Shown here: positions 9,948 through 21,334 of the stretch, piece after piece
Layout of the letters: the number at the start of each line of letters is the position of its first letter
Position numbering within the stretch: position 1 is the first letter of the stretch
Source of the DNA: Octopus bimaculoides
Lineage: Eukaryota
Reading direction: 5' to 3'
NCBI RefSeq assembly: GCF_001194135.2
Contig: NC_069003.1
Span: forward strand, 18,348,040-18,380,543
Length of the DNA: 32,504 bases
The notes under the pieces: model-generated
What the model saw: the letters and a program-made list of their open reading frames with translations, nothing else
What the model was told of the DNA's origin: nothing
The model's database searches: none
Program-made: the position numbers and the translations under genes

Positions 9948-11639
9948 CCCCACCCCACCCCCGTCACATATATGTATAAGTATTTACATACTTATATATG
10001 CATATACATACTTATATATATATATATATATATNNNNNNNNNNNNNNNNNNNNNNNNNNNNNNNNNNNNNNNNNNNNNNNNNNNNNNNNNNNNNNNNNNN
10101 NNNNNNNNNNNNNNNNNNNNNNNNNNNNNNNNNNNNNNNNNNNNNNNNNNNNNNNNNNNNNNNNNNNNNNNNNNNNNNNNNNNNNNNNNNNNNNNNNNNN
10201 NNNNNNNNNNNNNNNNNNNNNNNNNNNNNNNNNNNNNNNNNNNNNNNNNNNNNNNNNNNNNNNNNNNNNNNNNNNNNNNNNNNNNNNNNNNNNNNNTTTA
10301 TTTATTTATGGGTTTCAGCCAAGTGGCTGCAGTCATGCTGGAGCACCACCGTATATATATATATATATACACATACACATATAATTTTAAGATGAGCAGC
10401 TGCACACACACACACACACGCACACGCACACACACACACACACACGCACACACACACACACACATTTATACATGTATGCATGAATCTTGAGTTTCAGTAG
10501 CCAAACTCTGGTATTCACATGGCATTTCCTGCATCTTAAACTAACACCAAACACCATTCACATCAGTTAGGTGGTGATATTACTCTCTCCCCACCCACAA
10601 ATGAGGCCACCACCACCACAACAACTACAACCTTAACAATGTATGTCCTTGGAGTAAATCAGTTGAAAGACTCTAAGTATTTTATAACAGGATTTGAAGG
10701 TGAAGTTTCATCATGCTAAACAAGTTTAAATATTTTTACCCCAGCATTGTTGACACTTCTCATTTGATATGCCTATCTGGCATATTCCATTTGAGAGAAG
10801 GAAAGGGTAAGAGATGTAAAGATAAGTCCTTACTCTTACACTCATGGGGTCTGGTTTCAGTTAAAGAAAGGGTTTCAAAGGAATCAACAGAAATAAACAG
10901 GACATTTTGCATAAATGAATGCAAATACCCAAGTTTCAACAACATGACGGAACTAAGATAAGGTTTCTGTTGAAAATTGTCATGTTCAAATTTGTCATTA
11001 TATATATAATTGTGTGCAGGTGTGTGTGTGTGTGTGTATGTGTGTGTGTGTGTGTGTATTAGGGATACAACTTTTAAATATTTTTCTTCAAAAACAATTT
11101 CCTGTATCATATTTAGACGAGCTTTTATGCCTAAGTAACTAAAGTGAACTCATTTTTGAGCTATCTTTTAAAAAGTTCACCCATGAATCCATGTTTGTAT
11201 TCTTAGGCAAAACTTATTCAAATATGGGCGAGGTTGCCCTAGCACTCTTGGCTTTCAATAAATTCTTGGCATTTATAAGACTTTAGTGGTGATTAGATTA
11301 CTTTACTGAGTCATCATGCTTAGTCATGAAGCAAATAATTAAGTTCTTCTTTCAATTTCACTCTTGTTGCTTCTGTTTCAGTGTGAGTTCTGCATGACTG
11401 CTAGCTGTATGTCATTCAAGAAAAGCTTCAAAGTTGTTCAGAAGAACAAGGAGAAATGAATGAGAAATTTGGTTCAGTTCCAGTCCCATTCATCTACAGG
11501 TCATGTGCCTGTAGAAGAAGTCTCACTGGACAGCAGAAGCTGAATGCCACTCAAGGAGCAGATTGTTGGTCGGCACCAGTTTCTTGAGAAATCACTTAAA
11601 GGCAGAAAAGAGAAAGTGGTGGAATTATCAGACTTCTGT

Positions 11640-12870
11640 TACTGTTTTGGCAGGATTTTTACAGCTGGATACCTTTCCTAACACCAACCACTCAGCAGAG
11701 TGGATTTAGTGTTTCTTTCGTGGCACAAGCACAGGTGAAGTGAGTTGTGCTTTTTACGTGGCACAAGCACAAGTGAGGTCAGTTTTGGCAAGGTTTTTAC
11801 AGCTGCCCTCCCAAACACCAACCACTTTACAGTGTGGACTGGGTGCTTTTAAGTGCTTTTAAGTGCTTTTAAGTGACAGGGTCACCAATTACTTGTAAGA
11901 CAAAAAAAAAAAAACTTTCAAGAGGAGAGGAGGCATTAGAGGAGGTGATCTTGTGTTGGATGATGAAAAGGTTATAGTAAGACAGACAGGTGTCTTGCTG
12001 TAGAGGAAATACAAGGTTACCTGGCCAGAGAGAGAAAGATCAGGAATGAAGACAGAAAGAGGTGTGCTACCCAACCTGAGAGAAGTGCAGGAGAAGGAGG
12101 GAGAGTGGGAGACAGCCGGATAGAGATGGTGGCAAAATGCCAGGCATACTCACAAGGAAGGGGGATCAGAATATAAATGGTATGGCTTAGTAAAGGAAGA
12201 GAGAGATATAGATGGTGACAAGTGCCAGGACATACTCTTGAGGTTCAAATGCCATAATATAAGTGGCTGGATATTGCGAAGGGCGTGTGATTAAAGAGTG
12301 CGGGTAAGTGGCAAAAGACTTGGGTATGTGTGGAGTGGGTGGGGCTACTGGATAGCAATGATACAAAGGAACAGGGGTGTGAGGACAGGCATAGTGTATG
12401 AAGGAGTTACATGTGGGTGGAACACACAAGTCGGGGGCGGGGCAAGTAGATAGATGATAGAGTGATACAGGGCATGTGGGTAAAACACACAGGTTGAGGG
12501 CAAGAAAAAGCAATGATAAGTGGTACAGGGATAAGAGGACAGGATTGGGGAGTAGGAGGTAATCAAAGTACAGGAAGCAGAAATGTGAGGAAGAGAAGAG
12601 ATGTAGAGACGCAGTTGGGTTCATTGTGGTAGTGTGTGTGAGAAGTTTTCTTGTTAAGTGTGTGTGAGAAGTTTTCTTGTTAAGTGTGTGTGAGATACAC
12701 AGCACTTCTAGAACTCAGTTTTGCTAACATGGGTGGGTTTTCTCAAGAACTTCATATCACCAGACATCTTGGTCCATTGTCATTTCCTCCATGAGGCCCA
12801 ACATCTTGAGATCGGTCCTTACCACTTCATCCCATGTCTTCTTGAGTCTCCCTCTTCCACGGATACCATC
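11640..12870 (-). mobile_element. 3' end of a related RTE LINE: last codons plus long pyrimidine-rich 3' UTR and two tail modules
   Basis: 12870-12730 encodes DGIRGRGRLKKTWDEVVRTDLKMLGLMEEMT. gtggttggtgtt.gg.agg..tccagctgtaaaaa-like tail modules lie near 11655-11700 and 11790-11830. Continuity of the intervening UTR is inferred. Confidence 0.55.
12631..12695 (+). repeat. 26-nt tandem repeat, 2.5 copies
   Basis: agtgtgtgtgagaagttttcttgtta at 12631 and 12657, partial at 12683. Confidence 0.95.
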
Positions 12871-12998
12871 TGATGTTCCAATTTATTTCTTGGCTGCTTA
12901 GTATGTAAAGTACAATATTGATAATAAGAGGAACAAAGAATTTGAACATTCAACTCTGCTTATTTCCAGTTAGTTTATCATTATGAATAAACTAACTA

Positions 12999-13240
12999 GG
13001 TGTGGGAGTGGCTGTGTGGTAAGTAGCTTGCTTATGAACCACATGATTCCGGGTTCAGTCCCACTGCGTGGCACTTTGGGCAAGTGTCTTCTACTATAGC
13101 TTCAGGCCAACCAAAGCCTATACAGTGTTCTGGGTTCAGTTCCACTGTGTGGAACCATTGGCAAGTATCTTCTACTATAGCCTCAGGCCAATCAAAGACT
13201 TGTGAGTGGATTTGGTAGAGGGAAACTGAAAAAAAGGCCA

Positions 13241-13242
<2 letters not shown>
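12999..13242 (+). mobile_element. tRNA-derived SINE 5' half with internal 73-nt duplication
   Basis: A-box tggctgtgtggtaag. The B-box-containing unit is present twice (13047-13119 and 13128-13200). Confidence 0.82.
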
Positions 13243-13286
<44 letters not shown>

Positions 13287-13332
13287 ACATATATGTCTGT
13301 GTATTAGTGAAAATATCATTATTTTAAAGCAG

Positions 13333-13539
13333 TTAAGGTGGTAAGTATTGGAGAAAATGCTCAGCAGCATGTTTTCCAGCTCTTTACATTCTGAGTTCAA
13401 ATTCTGCCAATGTCAACTTTGCATTTCATCCTTCCAAAGTCAATAAAATAAGTATCAATTGAATACCTGGGTCAATATAATCAACAAACCACCTTCCCAT
13501 AAAGTAGCTGGCCTTTTGCCAAATTTAGAAAGAAAATTT
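13333..13539 (+). mobile_element. Diverged tRNA-derived SINE (family of 5138-5353)
   Basis: ttctgagttcaaattctgcc..gtcaactttgcatttcatccttc..agtcaataaaataagtatc matches 5210-5280. Confidence 0.7.
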
Positions 13540-13543
13540 ATAA

Positions 13544-13761
13544 CCCTTTAGATTGAGATTTGTTTGTCAAATGTAATGCTTATTTATTCACATTGTTTTG
13601 AATTAATCATACATTATCTTGTAGTTTCAAGATTTCAATGATGTGACTGTATATTTTTAGAATGACTTTGTAGGGTATGTGTAAGAGGTTGGATCTAGTC
13701 ACTTTTAACATAAGACACAGAATATTTGGGACTGGTTTTGGCTGGTTTAAATATTAAAGAG
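13544..13761. mobile_element. Probable piggyBac-type MITE
   Basis: Ends ATAA|CCCTTTAG ... TTAAAGAG|TTAA resemble piggyBac TTAA|CCC...GGG|TTAA termini. A second 5' part starts TTAA|CCCTTCAG at 25664-25668. Confidence 0.55.
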
Positions 13762-13989
13762 TTAAAGCTGCTTTAAGAACAAATCAAGCATTTACTCATA
13801 GTGTGACTCTATAGTGATAGTAGAGTTAAATTACGGTGAAATGTCAGTGAACTCGATCTTCACCATACACATATGTTGGTATGTATGTATTTCTACATTC
13901 CAGATGCCTGTGTGTATAATTTACAAATCAAGTACCTTACAATACAAAACAACACGCCAGGCGATGTCTGTATATAGAAATTAGTATAC

Positions 13990-14067
13990 CACATGTTGGT
14001 ATACATACATGCATACATATATATATACATGTGTGTGTAATATATATATATATATACATGTGGGTGT

Positions 14068-14109
<42 letters not shown>

Positions 14110-14126
14110 GTGTGTATGTATGTATG

Positions 14127-14196
<70 letters not shown>
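13990..14196. repeat. (TA)n-dominated compound microsatellite
   Basis: Direct reading. Confidence 0.95.
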
Positions 14197-14199
<3 letters not shown>

Positions 14200-14616
14200 C
14201 ATAATAGATAGTACTTTGGGTTCTCTGTCAAGTTGATATTCAACTTCTCATAAAGAGTTAACTGAGAGGAGACAGTAACATCTATCAAAGAATGAGAATA
14301 CCAAATGTCTGGAATTTGAAACCCTTGAAAAATGTCAGACTTACACAGAGAGTTAGTTCCCTTGTCAAAAATATTTTGTATATTTGTATGTGTGAGTATA
14401 TATATTTAAAAAGGATTTCTCTTTTTTTTCTCGTGAGAACATATTTGCTTTTCATTCATTTTTCTCTAATGTACATGTGCAGTTGACTGATGGCAAGCAA
14501 CTTCAAAACTGTGTTTGCAATTTTGATTACCAGTTGAATGAGTTTCAGTTAGAATATCCCCTTTGTATATATTTCCCCCTAGTTTGGCCATTGTTGTTAT
14601 TATTACTATTTAGACT

Positions 14617-14836
14617 AAGGTCGCGAACTGGCAGAATCATTAGCACACCAGGCAAAATGCTTAGTGACATTTCGTCTGTCTTTACATGCCAAGTTCAAAT
14701 TCTGCTGAGGTTAACTTTGCCTTTCATCTTTTCAGGGTTGATAAAATAAGTACCAGCTGAACACAGGTTGGTCTAATCAATTTACACCCTCCCCCAAAAT
14801 TACTGGCCTTGTGTCAAAATTTGAAGCCATTATTAT
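14617..14836 (+). mobile_element. tRNA-derived SINE (family of 5138-5353) with 10-bp TSD; truncated siblings follow near 14870-14970 and 15008-15070
   Basis: ctggcagaatcattag A-box, aagttcaaattct B-box and an (att)n tail. Direct repeat TATTTAGACT at 14607-14616 and 14837-14846. Confidence 0.82.
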
Positions 14837-15262
14837 TATTTAGACTTACTCCCAACAACTAAAAGTGACAGACTGGCAGAATCATTAGATCATTGGACAA
14901 AATGTTTTCTTGCATATAATCCACTAATCTGCAACCCACACCAAATTTCAGGCCTTGTGTCTATATCAGAAACAATTTTTAACTCCCTCTCCCCTCTGCA
15001 AGTGCTGTAAACTGGCAGAATCGTTAAGCAAAATACTTTGTGGTATTTTTTTCAGTTCTTTACATTTGCGTCTATATTCACCGCACTGCACAATGGCCCA
15101 AGGCATCTGAGACATATTAAACATTGATTCATGTCAATGGAACTTCAAGCAATTCAAATTTGAGTAAACCTCTTAACAAATGCATTTAACCCACTCTATA
15201 TGTATTCAGTGATTTTTTTAATTGTTTGTATGTCCACTGTATACACATACACAAACATACTA

Positions 15263-15298
<36 letters not shown>

Positions 15299-15416
15299 TG
15301 TATGTATGTATGTATGTATGTGTGTTTGTATGTATGTATGTATGTATACATACACACACACACACTATATATATATATATATATACTTTATTTAAAAGCA
15401 GCAGAAATATAACAAA

Positions 15417-15462
15417 AAAAACGTTACTCTGAGTTTCACGTTCCCATTCATCGGACAGTTTT
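15417..15462 (-). ncRNA. Mirror-image minimal hammerhead motif (U4C core variant)
   Basis: Minus strand reads aaaactgt-CCGATGA-ATG(GGAA)CGT-GAA-ACT(CAG)AGT-A-acgttttt. Stem I has one mismatch. Confidence 0.55.
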
Positions 15463-15477
15463 GTTAGAAATTCTAAC

Positions 15478-15523
15478 AAAACTGTCCGATGAACGGGAAC
15501 GTGAAACTCAGTGTAACGGTTTT
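15478..15523 (+). ncRNA. Minimal type I hammerhead ribozyme motif (U4C core variant)
   Basis: aaaactgt-CCGATGA-ACG(GGAA)CGT-GAAAC(tcagt)GT-A-acggtttt. Stem I is 8 bp with one G-U pair, stem II has a GNRA loop, and the GUA triplet places cleavage after 15515. Confidence 0.65.
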
Positions 15524-15691
15524 TTGTTATATTTCTGCTGCTTTTAAATAAAGCATATTACNNNNNNNNNNNNNNNNNNNNNNNNNNNNNNNNNNNNNNN
15601 NNNNNNNNNNNNNNNNNNNNNNNNNNNNNNNNNNNNNNNNNNNNNNNNNNNNNNNNNNNNNNNNNNNNNNNNNNNNNNNNNNNNNNNNNNN

Positions 15692-15738
<47 letters not shown>

Positions 15739-16196
15739 TACACATAGTCAATTCAAATAAATAAATAAAAAAAGAAAATAAGATCTGCATAAGAAATGTA
15801 TTAGCTTGACACAGAGCTTGATGTTTCAGGCATAGTACTTTGTCAGAAAGGAGAAAGGGAAAGTCCAAAGCAGCAAAATAGCCAATGGCAAAAGTCTAGC
15901 TACATTGCTAAATTTAGTTTTATAACAGTCAATTCATGTTATCAAGTGGTTTCATGCTAAAGAAACCTTTCAAATATTGAGAAGTGAATTTAACAATCAT
16001 TGAACTTGGTTGATACGCGTTTGTTCAGTTATGTTCAGTGATTGTTAATATATGTGTTTGCTCTTCAAAGGTTTGTCAACATGAAGCTGTTCAATAACAT
16101 GAATTGGCTGCAATGAAACTAAATTTAAAGTATTGTATAACACACACACACACACACACACAGATATATAATATCTAACCTCTCTTTTTTATTCAG

Positions 16197-16497
16197 ATAT
16201 GACTCTTGTTCTAGTTTATCTCCAACCCATCGAGGACATCCACAATCAGGAGTGGAGACACCATCTGTGATACGTCCTAGTGCTGTTAAGTTTGCCAATC
16301 GTAATGCAAATGTTTGCAGCAATGAACTCATTCATCGGAGTCGGTCTCGGTCTCCAGGAATGGGCGTTGGAAATTACTCCTATAGTTCATCATCGAGAAA
16401 CCCTTCCATGGTGTCAGGACGGCGCTTATCAGGTTCAAGACATGCGTATACTCCTTCAGTTGGTCCAGTTAATTCTGACATCATTAGGTTCTTTAAT
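16197..16497 (+). CDS. Penta-EF-hand (PDCD6/ALG-2 / peflin family) gene, coding exon A: Ser/Arg/Pro-rich N-terminal region and start of the EF1 entering helix
   Basis: Acceptor tctcttttttattcag ends 16196 and donor AAT|gtaagt starts 16498. The frame is open for 100 codons after 1 split nt (YDSCSSLSPTHRG...GPVNSDIIRFFN). Its phase-0 end joins exon B to give IIRFFN|LVDTDRSG, a typical PEF EF1 entry. Confidence 0.8.
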
Positions 16498-17239
16498 GTA
16501 AGTATATGAAGCTTTGCATTGGCTATTTTTTCTATTTATTTTTTTTTAATTACGGGGTTTGGAGGTTGGGGCTGTGACCTTGGTAATCAGTCACTTCAGG
16601 ATCGATAAGAGTGATGCCCTTAGTTAATTATTTGTGACAGAAGCAATATTGATACCAAAAGGTAATCTTTATATTGACCAAGAGGTATGTGGGTATTTTG
16701 AAAATACCACATAGAGTGACAACCATGCCCTGCATAGTTACAGGCTGCTGTTTGGCAAGGCATAGCACCCGCTCAGCCACCCTGACAGGGATATGGCTAA
16801 GACATGGAACTGTAGCATAACGGATTGTGAAGAGGTAACGGAAGAGCTCAGCTGAGCCAACAATGCTTCTTACATTGATATTGAGCAGAAAAATCCTTGA
16901 AGATCAATGGTCAGGATCACCAAGCTCTATCAAGAGAGTAACTGCAATGCATCCATAAGGGTGGCATCCATGGTTGTGTAATCAGTTAATGAAAGATTCA
17001 CTGTGACTTAAGCTCCCAATTCAAATTCATAATAATGGAACTGGATAGTGACAGAGATTCATGGTCATCTGTGAAAGCAGTGAAAAAAAATATATCCAGC
17101 TTAACATAAATGCCTTGTTAGAATATTGCATCCATGAAATGAACACCAAATACCTATATGAGAGGATCTGTCAAGTCTAATAACGCCGTATTTAGTGTTC
17201 TAACGAGGCATCCATATTAAGCTGAATACAAAGATGCTG

Positions 17240-17640
17240 TTAATGTTCTTCTTCAAGCATTATAAGTCAACACCTACCAGAAAGACATGAGCTGGGAGAG
17301 AGTTTCAGAGGGTGAATATTTTGGGAAAGGAAGGACTGGTCATGGTGTTGGTTAGTGCAGGGTCTGAGAAAAAAGGGTGAAATCAAGAAGGGTGACAAAA
17401 GGAGGAGAAATAAGAGGATTGAGAATACCTGTCTGGGAGTGGCATGAGCCTAGCCAGATCTGGGGAGCAAAGACAATTATAGTAGGGGTAGAAAAGGCAG
17501 AGAGAGGAGATAATCATGCTTGTGGGATAGAGACTGCAGAATGTCTGTGAGTGACTTTATGCAGCGTAGAATATCTGTGTGAACGAGGGAAACCCCTTTC
17601 CAGGTGTGGGAGAAATTGTCTATTGTGGTCCTCATCTGAG
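17240..17640 (-). mobile_element. Decayed 3' end of a CR1-group (Zenon-like) LINE
   Basis: Across frameshifts: QMRTTIDNFSHTW...SLTDILQSLSHK, ISSLCLFYPYYNCLCSPDLARLMPLP, and SFPKIFTL*NSLPAHVF...DL*CLKKNIN, typical of CR1-group ORF2 C-termini. Confidence 0.72.
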
Positions 17641-17789
17641 TTTTGTAGAATGTGAATAGTTGTTGGTTATATGTTATGGCCCTAAATAGGTGGGCTTAAC
17701 AACTAAATATATATGAATAGTAAAGTATGTTTCCTGGTCATTAATACTGGAAGTTCTAGGACTCGTAGGGCTAGTTGTCTCATTACTAT

Positions 17790-17960
17790 GGCATATAAGT
17801 GACCCAAATCACACTATGCTTCTGGAATGAGATGCCAGTCTGTTGCAGGGTTACTCATTTACAGATGAGTGGACAGGAGCAGCATGAAATAAAGTGTTTT
17901 GCTCAAGAATACAATACCACTGCCTAGACTGGGAATCGAAACAACAATCTTGCCATAATT
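17790..17960 (-). mobile_element. tRNA-derived SINE fragment (third family)
   Basis: Minus strand has gtttcgattccc (B-box) followed by ttcttgagcaaaacactttatttcatgctgctcctgtccactcatc. A related head fragment lies at 21030-21110. Confidence 0.62.
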
Positions 17961-18742
17961 TAACAAGAGCTTCACTATCTAACACAACCTTCCTATTTGT
18001 TTAAGACTATGTTGAAACTAAATTGAGTGACAGTATAATGCAAACCCGTGTTTTTCTAAACATCGTTTATGAAATGATATTTTCTAATTCCCATCAGTAA
18101 TTTACTCAGATAAAATGGATTTTTAAAGTTCCTGGAAAAGCTATATAAGTATTGCATTTGAAAGATTTATGAGAAACAAACCAATGTTATGAGGCAATTT
18201 AGAAAGACGAGAATTTAGGTATAACATATGAAATAGATCATTGAGAAACGTTTGTGTGACAAAGAATTAAGCAATTGTACTGCAGCTAATGCTGACTGCC
18301 ATTTCTCGTGTTGGAAGTCAACAGTTGTACATACAAGAAGACAACGAAATCTGTTGAGATTTTTGACAACAAACTTTTACTCTTTTCGTACACAAGCAAT
18401 AGACAAATACTGTTGTTACTATGAGCAACAAACGTTGAGAGAGTTTGGAGGTTATTGTTCTTGGTGTAATTGTAACAATATTCAAAAAGCTAATTACTAG
18501 TCATTGTGTTGCTGTCCCTGATAGTTCATTATGTTGATGCCAGATCAGTTCAGCAGCTGTCCGCATCTGTTCACTGTCTGTCTATTATGTCATCTCTGCT
18601 GTCCCTCATGCTGTTTCTGTAACATCCAAAAGTACTCTGACTGGTAGTCACAGTGTGTCGATTTTATACTGATTGATGGGCTCAGAAAGGAGCACACTAA
18701 AAGTTGAAATTGTCGCTGAAGTCTATTCCATGCAATGTTATG

Positions 18743-18919
18743 ATTGGTCAGATTTTGTTGATCACGTGGGTAATATTCTACTGAATCACAACATCACGTG
18801 GTTGCTGAATAACCTTTTTACACAATATTTAACTTGAAAGTTCAATATAACTTGTGTATCAAAACAATCTCTTGAAACAAAGCAATAAGGCGGATATGAT
18901 TCCAAATAGATATGGGCGG
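18743..18919. promoter_or_regulatory. Possible intronic regulatory motif cluster
   Basis: ATTGG 18743-18747, CACGTG at 18763 and 18795, GGGCGG 18914-18919. Motif presence only. Confidence 0.2.
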
Positions 18920-19573
18920 GCTTGTTCCTTAATTTCGTGTTCTTTTCTGGAATTATTTTTTTAATATTACACCCTTCTGACGAGAGTAAAATTTACCCAT
19001 TTATTATATGTCTAACAAAGAACAAACAATATTTGATTGCAAGTTCAATATATCTTGTGCGTGAAGATAATCATTTGAAATAAATCGTTTTAAGGGGGTG
19101 ATTTGATTATATCGAAATTTAACGTATATATCTACAAAATGAAACTTGAAATTTTGAAAAACTTATGTGTTATGTGTCAGTATGTATGTGTGCCTGCCCA
19201 CAAATTTTATTTTTCACATTAAGTTCCGATAAAACCGTTATCTAGACATTTAAAAAAAAGTTGAGTCGCGTTAAGTGTAGATGTATTAACCGGGGTGTGA
19301 GATTAGGCTGGCTGTGTGAATTACAAACAGAAGCAAAACTCATGAACATTTAATGAGAGGTTACTTAAAGGAAGGCTGAACATGAATATATATTCAAATT
19401 ATTAAACCTTCTCTGGCAGGGAGACAATAATTCCCTTTCTGGCAGGGAGACTAAATTAGGTATAGTTTTCAAAATAACTGAAGAATTTCCATGGTTACTG
19501 CTATGTCAGTACAATATAAATATATTTTGGTATATGTTAAAGAAATACTAGTATGTTTTTAAATATTATTGAT

Positions 19574-19950
19574 GTAAGCATGGCTGCATGGTAAGAAATT
19601 TGTTTCCCAAGCACATGATGCCAGGTTCTCACTGCGCGGCGCCTTAACCTGAGGCAAGTGTCTTCTATTATAACCTCGGACTGCTCCTAAAATCTTGTGA
19701 CCGTATTTGGTAGATGGAAACTGAAAGCCCATCGTGCATGTGTATGTTTGTGTTTGTTTCCCACCACTGCTTAACAACTGGTGTTGGTTTGTTTATGTCC
19801 CGTAATTTAGCGGTTTGGCGAGAGACTGAAAAAATAAATACGAGGCTTAAAAAATAAGCACTGGGGGCAATTTGTTCAACTATACCCTTCATGGCGGTGC
19901 CCCAGCATGGCCACAGTGCAATTACTGTAATAAGTAAAAAGATAAAAGAT
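19574..19950 (+). mobile_element. Near full-length tRNA-derived SINE
   Basis: Head catggctgcatggtaag...gaggcaagtgtcttcta, central (TG)-rich linker, body ccaccactgcttaacaactggtgttgg, and tail aaaagataaaagata. Confidence 0.8.
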
Positions 19951-20120
19951 ATGTTTACAAAGAATACACGCGTTTTGCTTGAGGTTATTTATCTATGTTA
20001 TATTTTTTATGCAATGTATTGCAATGATCACAATAATTATAACAAAATAAAACAATCAACAGCCCTACAACCATATAAACACACAAACGAAGTCTTTATC
20101 AATTTTCAAACTGACCCTAA

Positions 20121-20282
<162 letters not shown>

Positions 20283-20321
20283 TAAGAAACAAAAACAAAA
20301 AAAAAAGTCATTAGCACTGCC

Positions 20322-20600
20322 AACGTCGTCGTTGTCATCATCGGCACCAACAGTTTTGTTGGTGTTGCTACCATTGTCCACATTGTTGCTGATGTCCTCC
20401 TTGCTGCCGTCACTGCTGTCTTGCCACCACTGTTGTGGTCATCATCAATACCACCACCACCACCACCACCACCGTCATTATCGTCGTCGTCGTCACCATA
20501 CTATTATCATCATAATCATTACATGACCCTCCACCCAAATGTCACTCGTAATGTCGTCGTCGTGATCATCATCATCATCACCGCAATCGTCATTAAGTAT
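20322..20600. repeat. Compound trinucleotide microsatellite (CGT/CAT/CAC/TGT)n in intron B-C
   Basis: Direct reading. Confidence 0.92.
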
Positions 20601-21266
20601 GATACATAGATGGCTATTTCAATTGAATGCTGCTTCGATTGCGTACCCCGGAATGTTTATTCAGCTCAGCGACTATTCACAATATCAATGGATGTATTAT
20701 TATTCATTGTTTCTTATATCAGAGGAGAAAAATCTTAGCCAGGCATGTAGCTAGCTGCGAGTAGACGCCACTGACAATGCGCAACAATGCATCTGGCATT
20801 CTCACTCTTCGCTTCTTGGATGACTTTTAGTGGTGAACTTCCCTATTGTAAAGGACAGACGAGGTTTTTACAATTTCTACCTGAACTATCTTCACAGATA
20901 ATTTGTTTATAGTAATCAAATGTTTTGCGCTGTACATTAGTCAACTCCTTCCATGAAATCGACATTGCCTGTACAGGTGAAGGTGCAGGTGCATGGTGTG
21001 TCACATATCAGATATTGAGGTGATGATTACCTAAGAATGCAATGCGCTGCCCATTCAGGGGATCGAACCCACAACCTTGCGATCATGAGAACAACACTCT
21101 AACCATTAGTTTAGAGTGTGCTAGGTCACTTGTATGTATGTATGTATGTATGTATGTTTGTAAGTATTTATGTATGTATAAGTGTGTACGTGCGTGTGAC
21201 CAAGTAGTTTCGCAAAATTAATGTTTGTTTGTGTGTGTGCGTGTGTTTGTGTGTGTGTATGTATAA

Positions 21267-21315
<49 letters not shown>

Positions 21316-21334
21316 GATCATACAACCAAAAAAG

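Larger units (their letters stand above)
15386..15553. repeat. 168-bp near-perfect palindrome (two head-to-head copies of a Penelope pseudo-LTR-like segment)
   Basis: Arms 15386-15469 and 15471-15553 with a 1-nt spacer; about 3 mismatches and 1 indel. Confidence 0.95.

Noticed and set aside
11382-11460. Strong polypyrimidine/AG acceptor followed by a short open frame (CEFCMTASC...)
   Set aside because: It stops after 25 codons, has no homology and has ambiguous donors, so it cannot be supported as an exon.
12999-13075. tRNA genes (A/B boxes here and in other SINE heads)
   Set aside because: There is no cloverleaf and the boxes continue into SINE bodies.
18252-18500. 82-aa Cys-containing ORF
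   Set aside because: No recognisable domain or splice signals; probably decayed repeat.
21195-21215. Minus-strand GCGAAACTACTTGGTC hammerhead 3' half
   Set aside because: No CTGANGA 5' half nearby.
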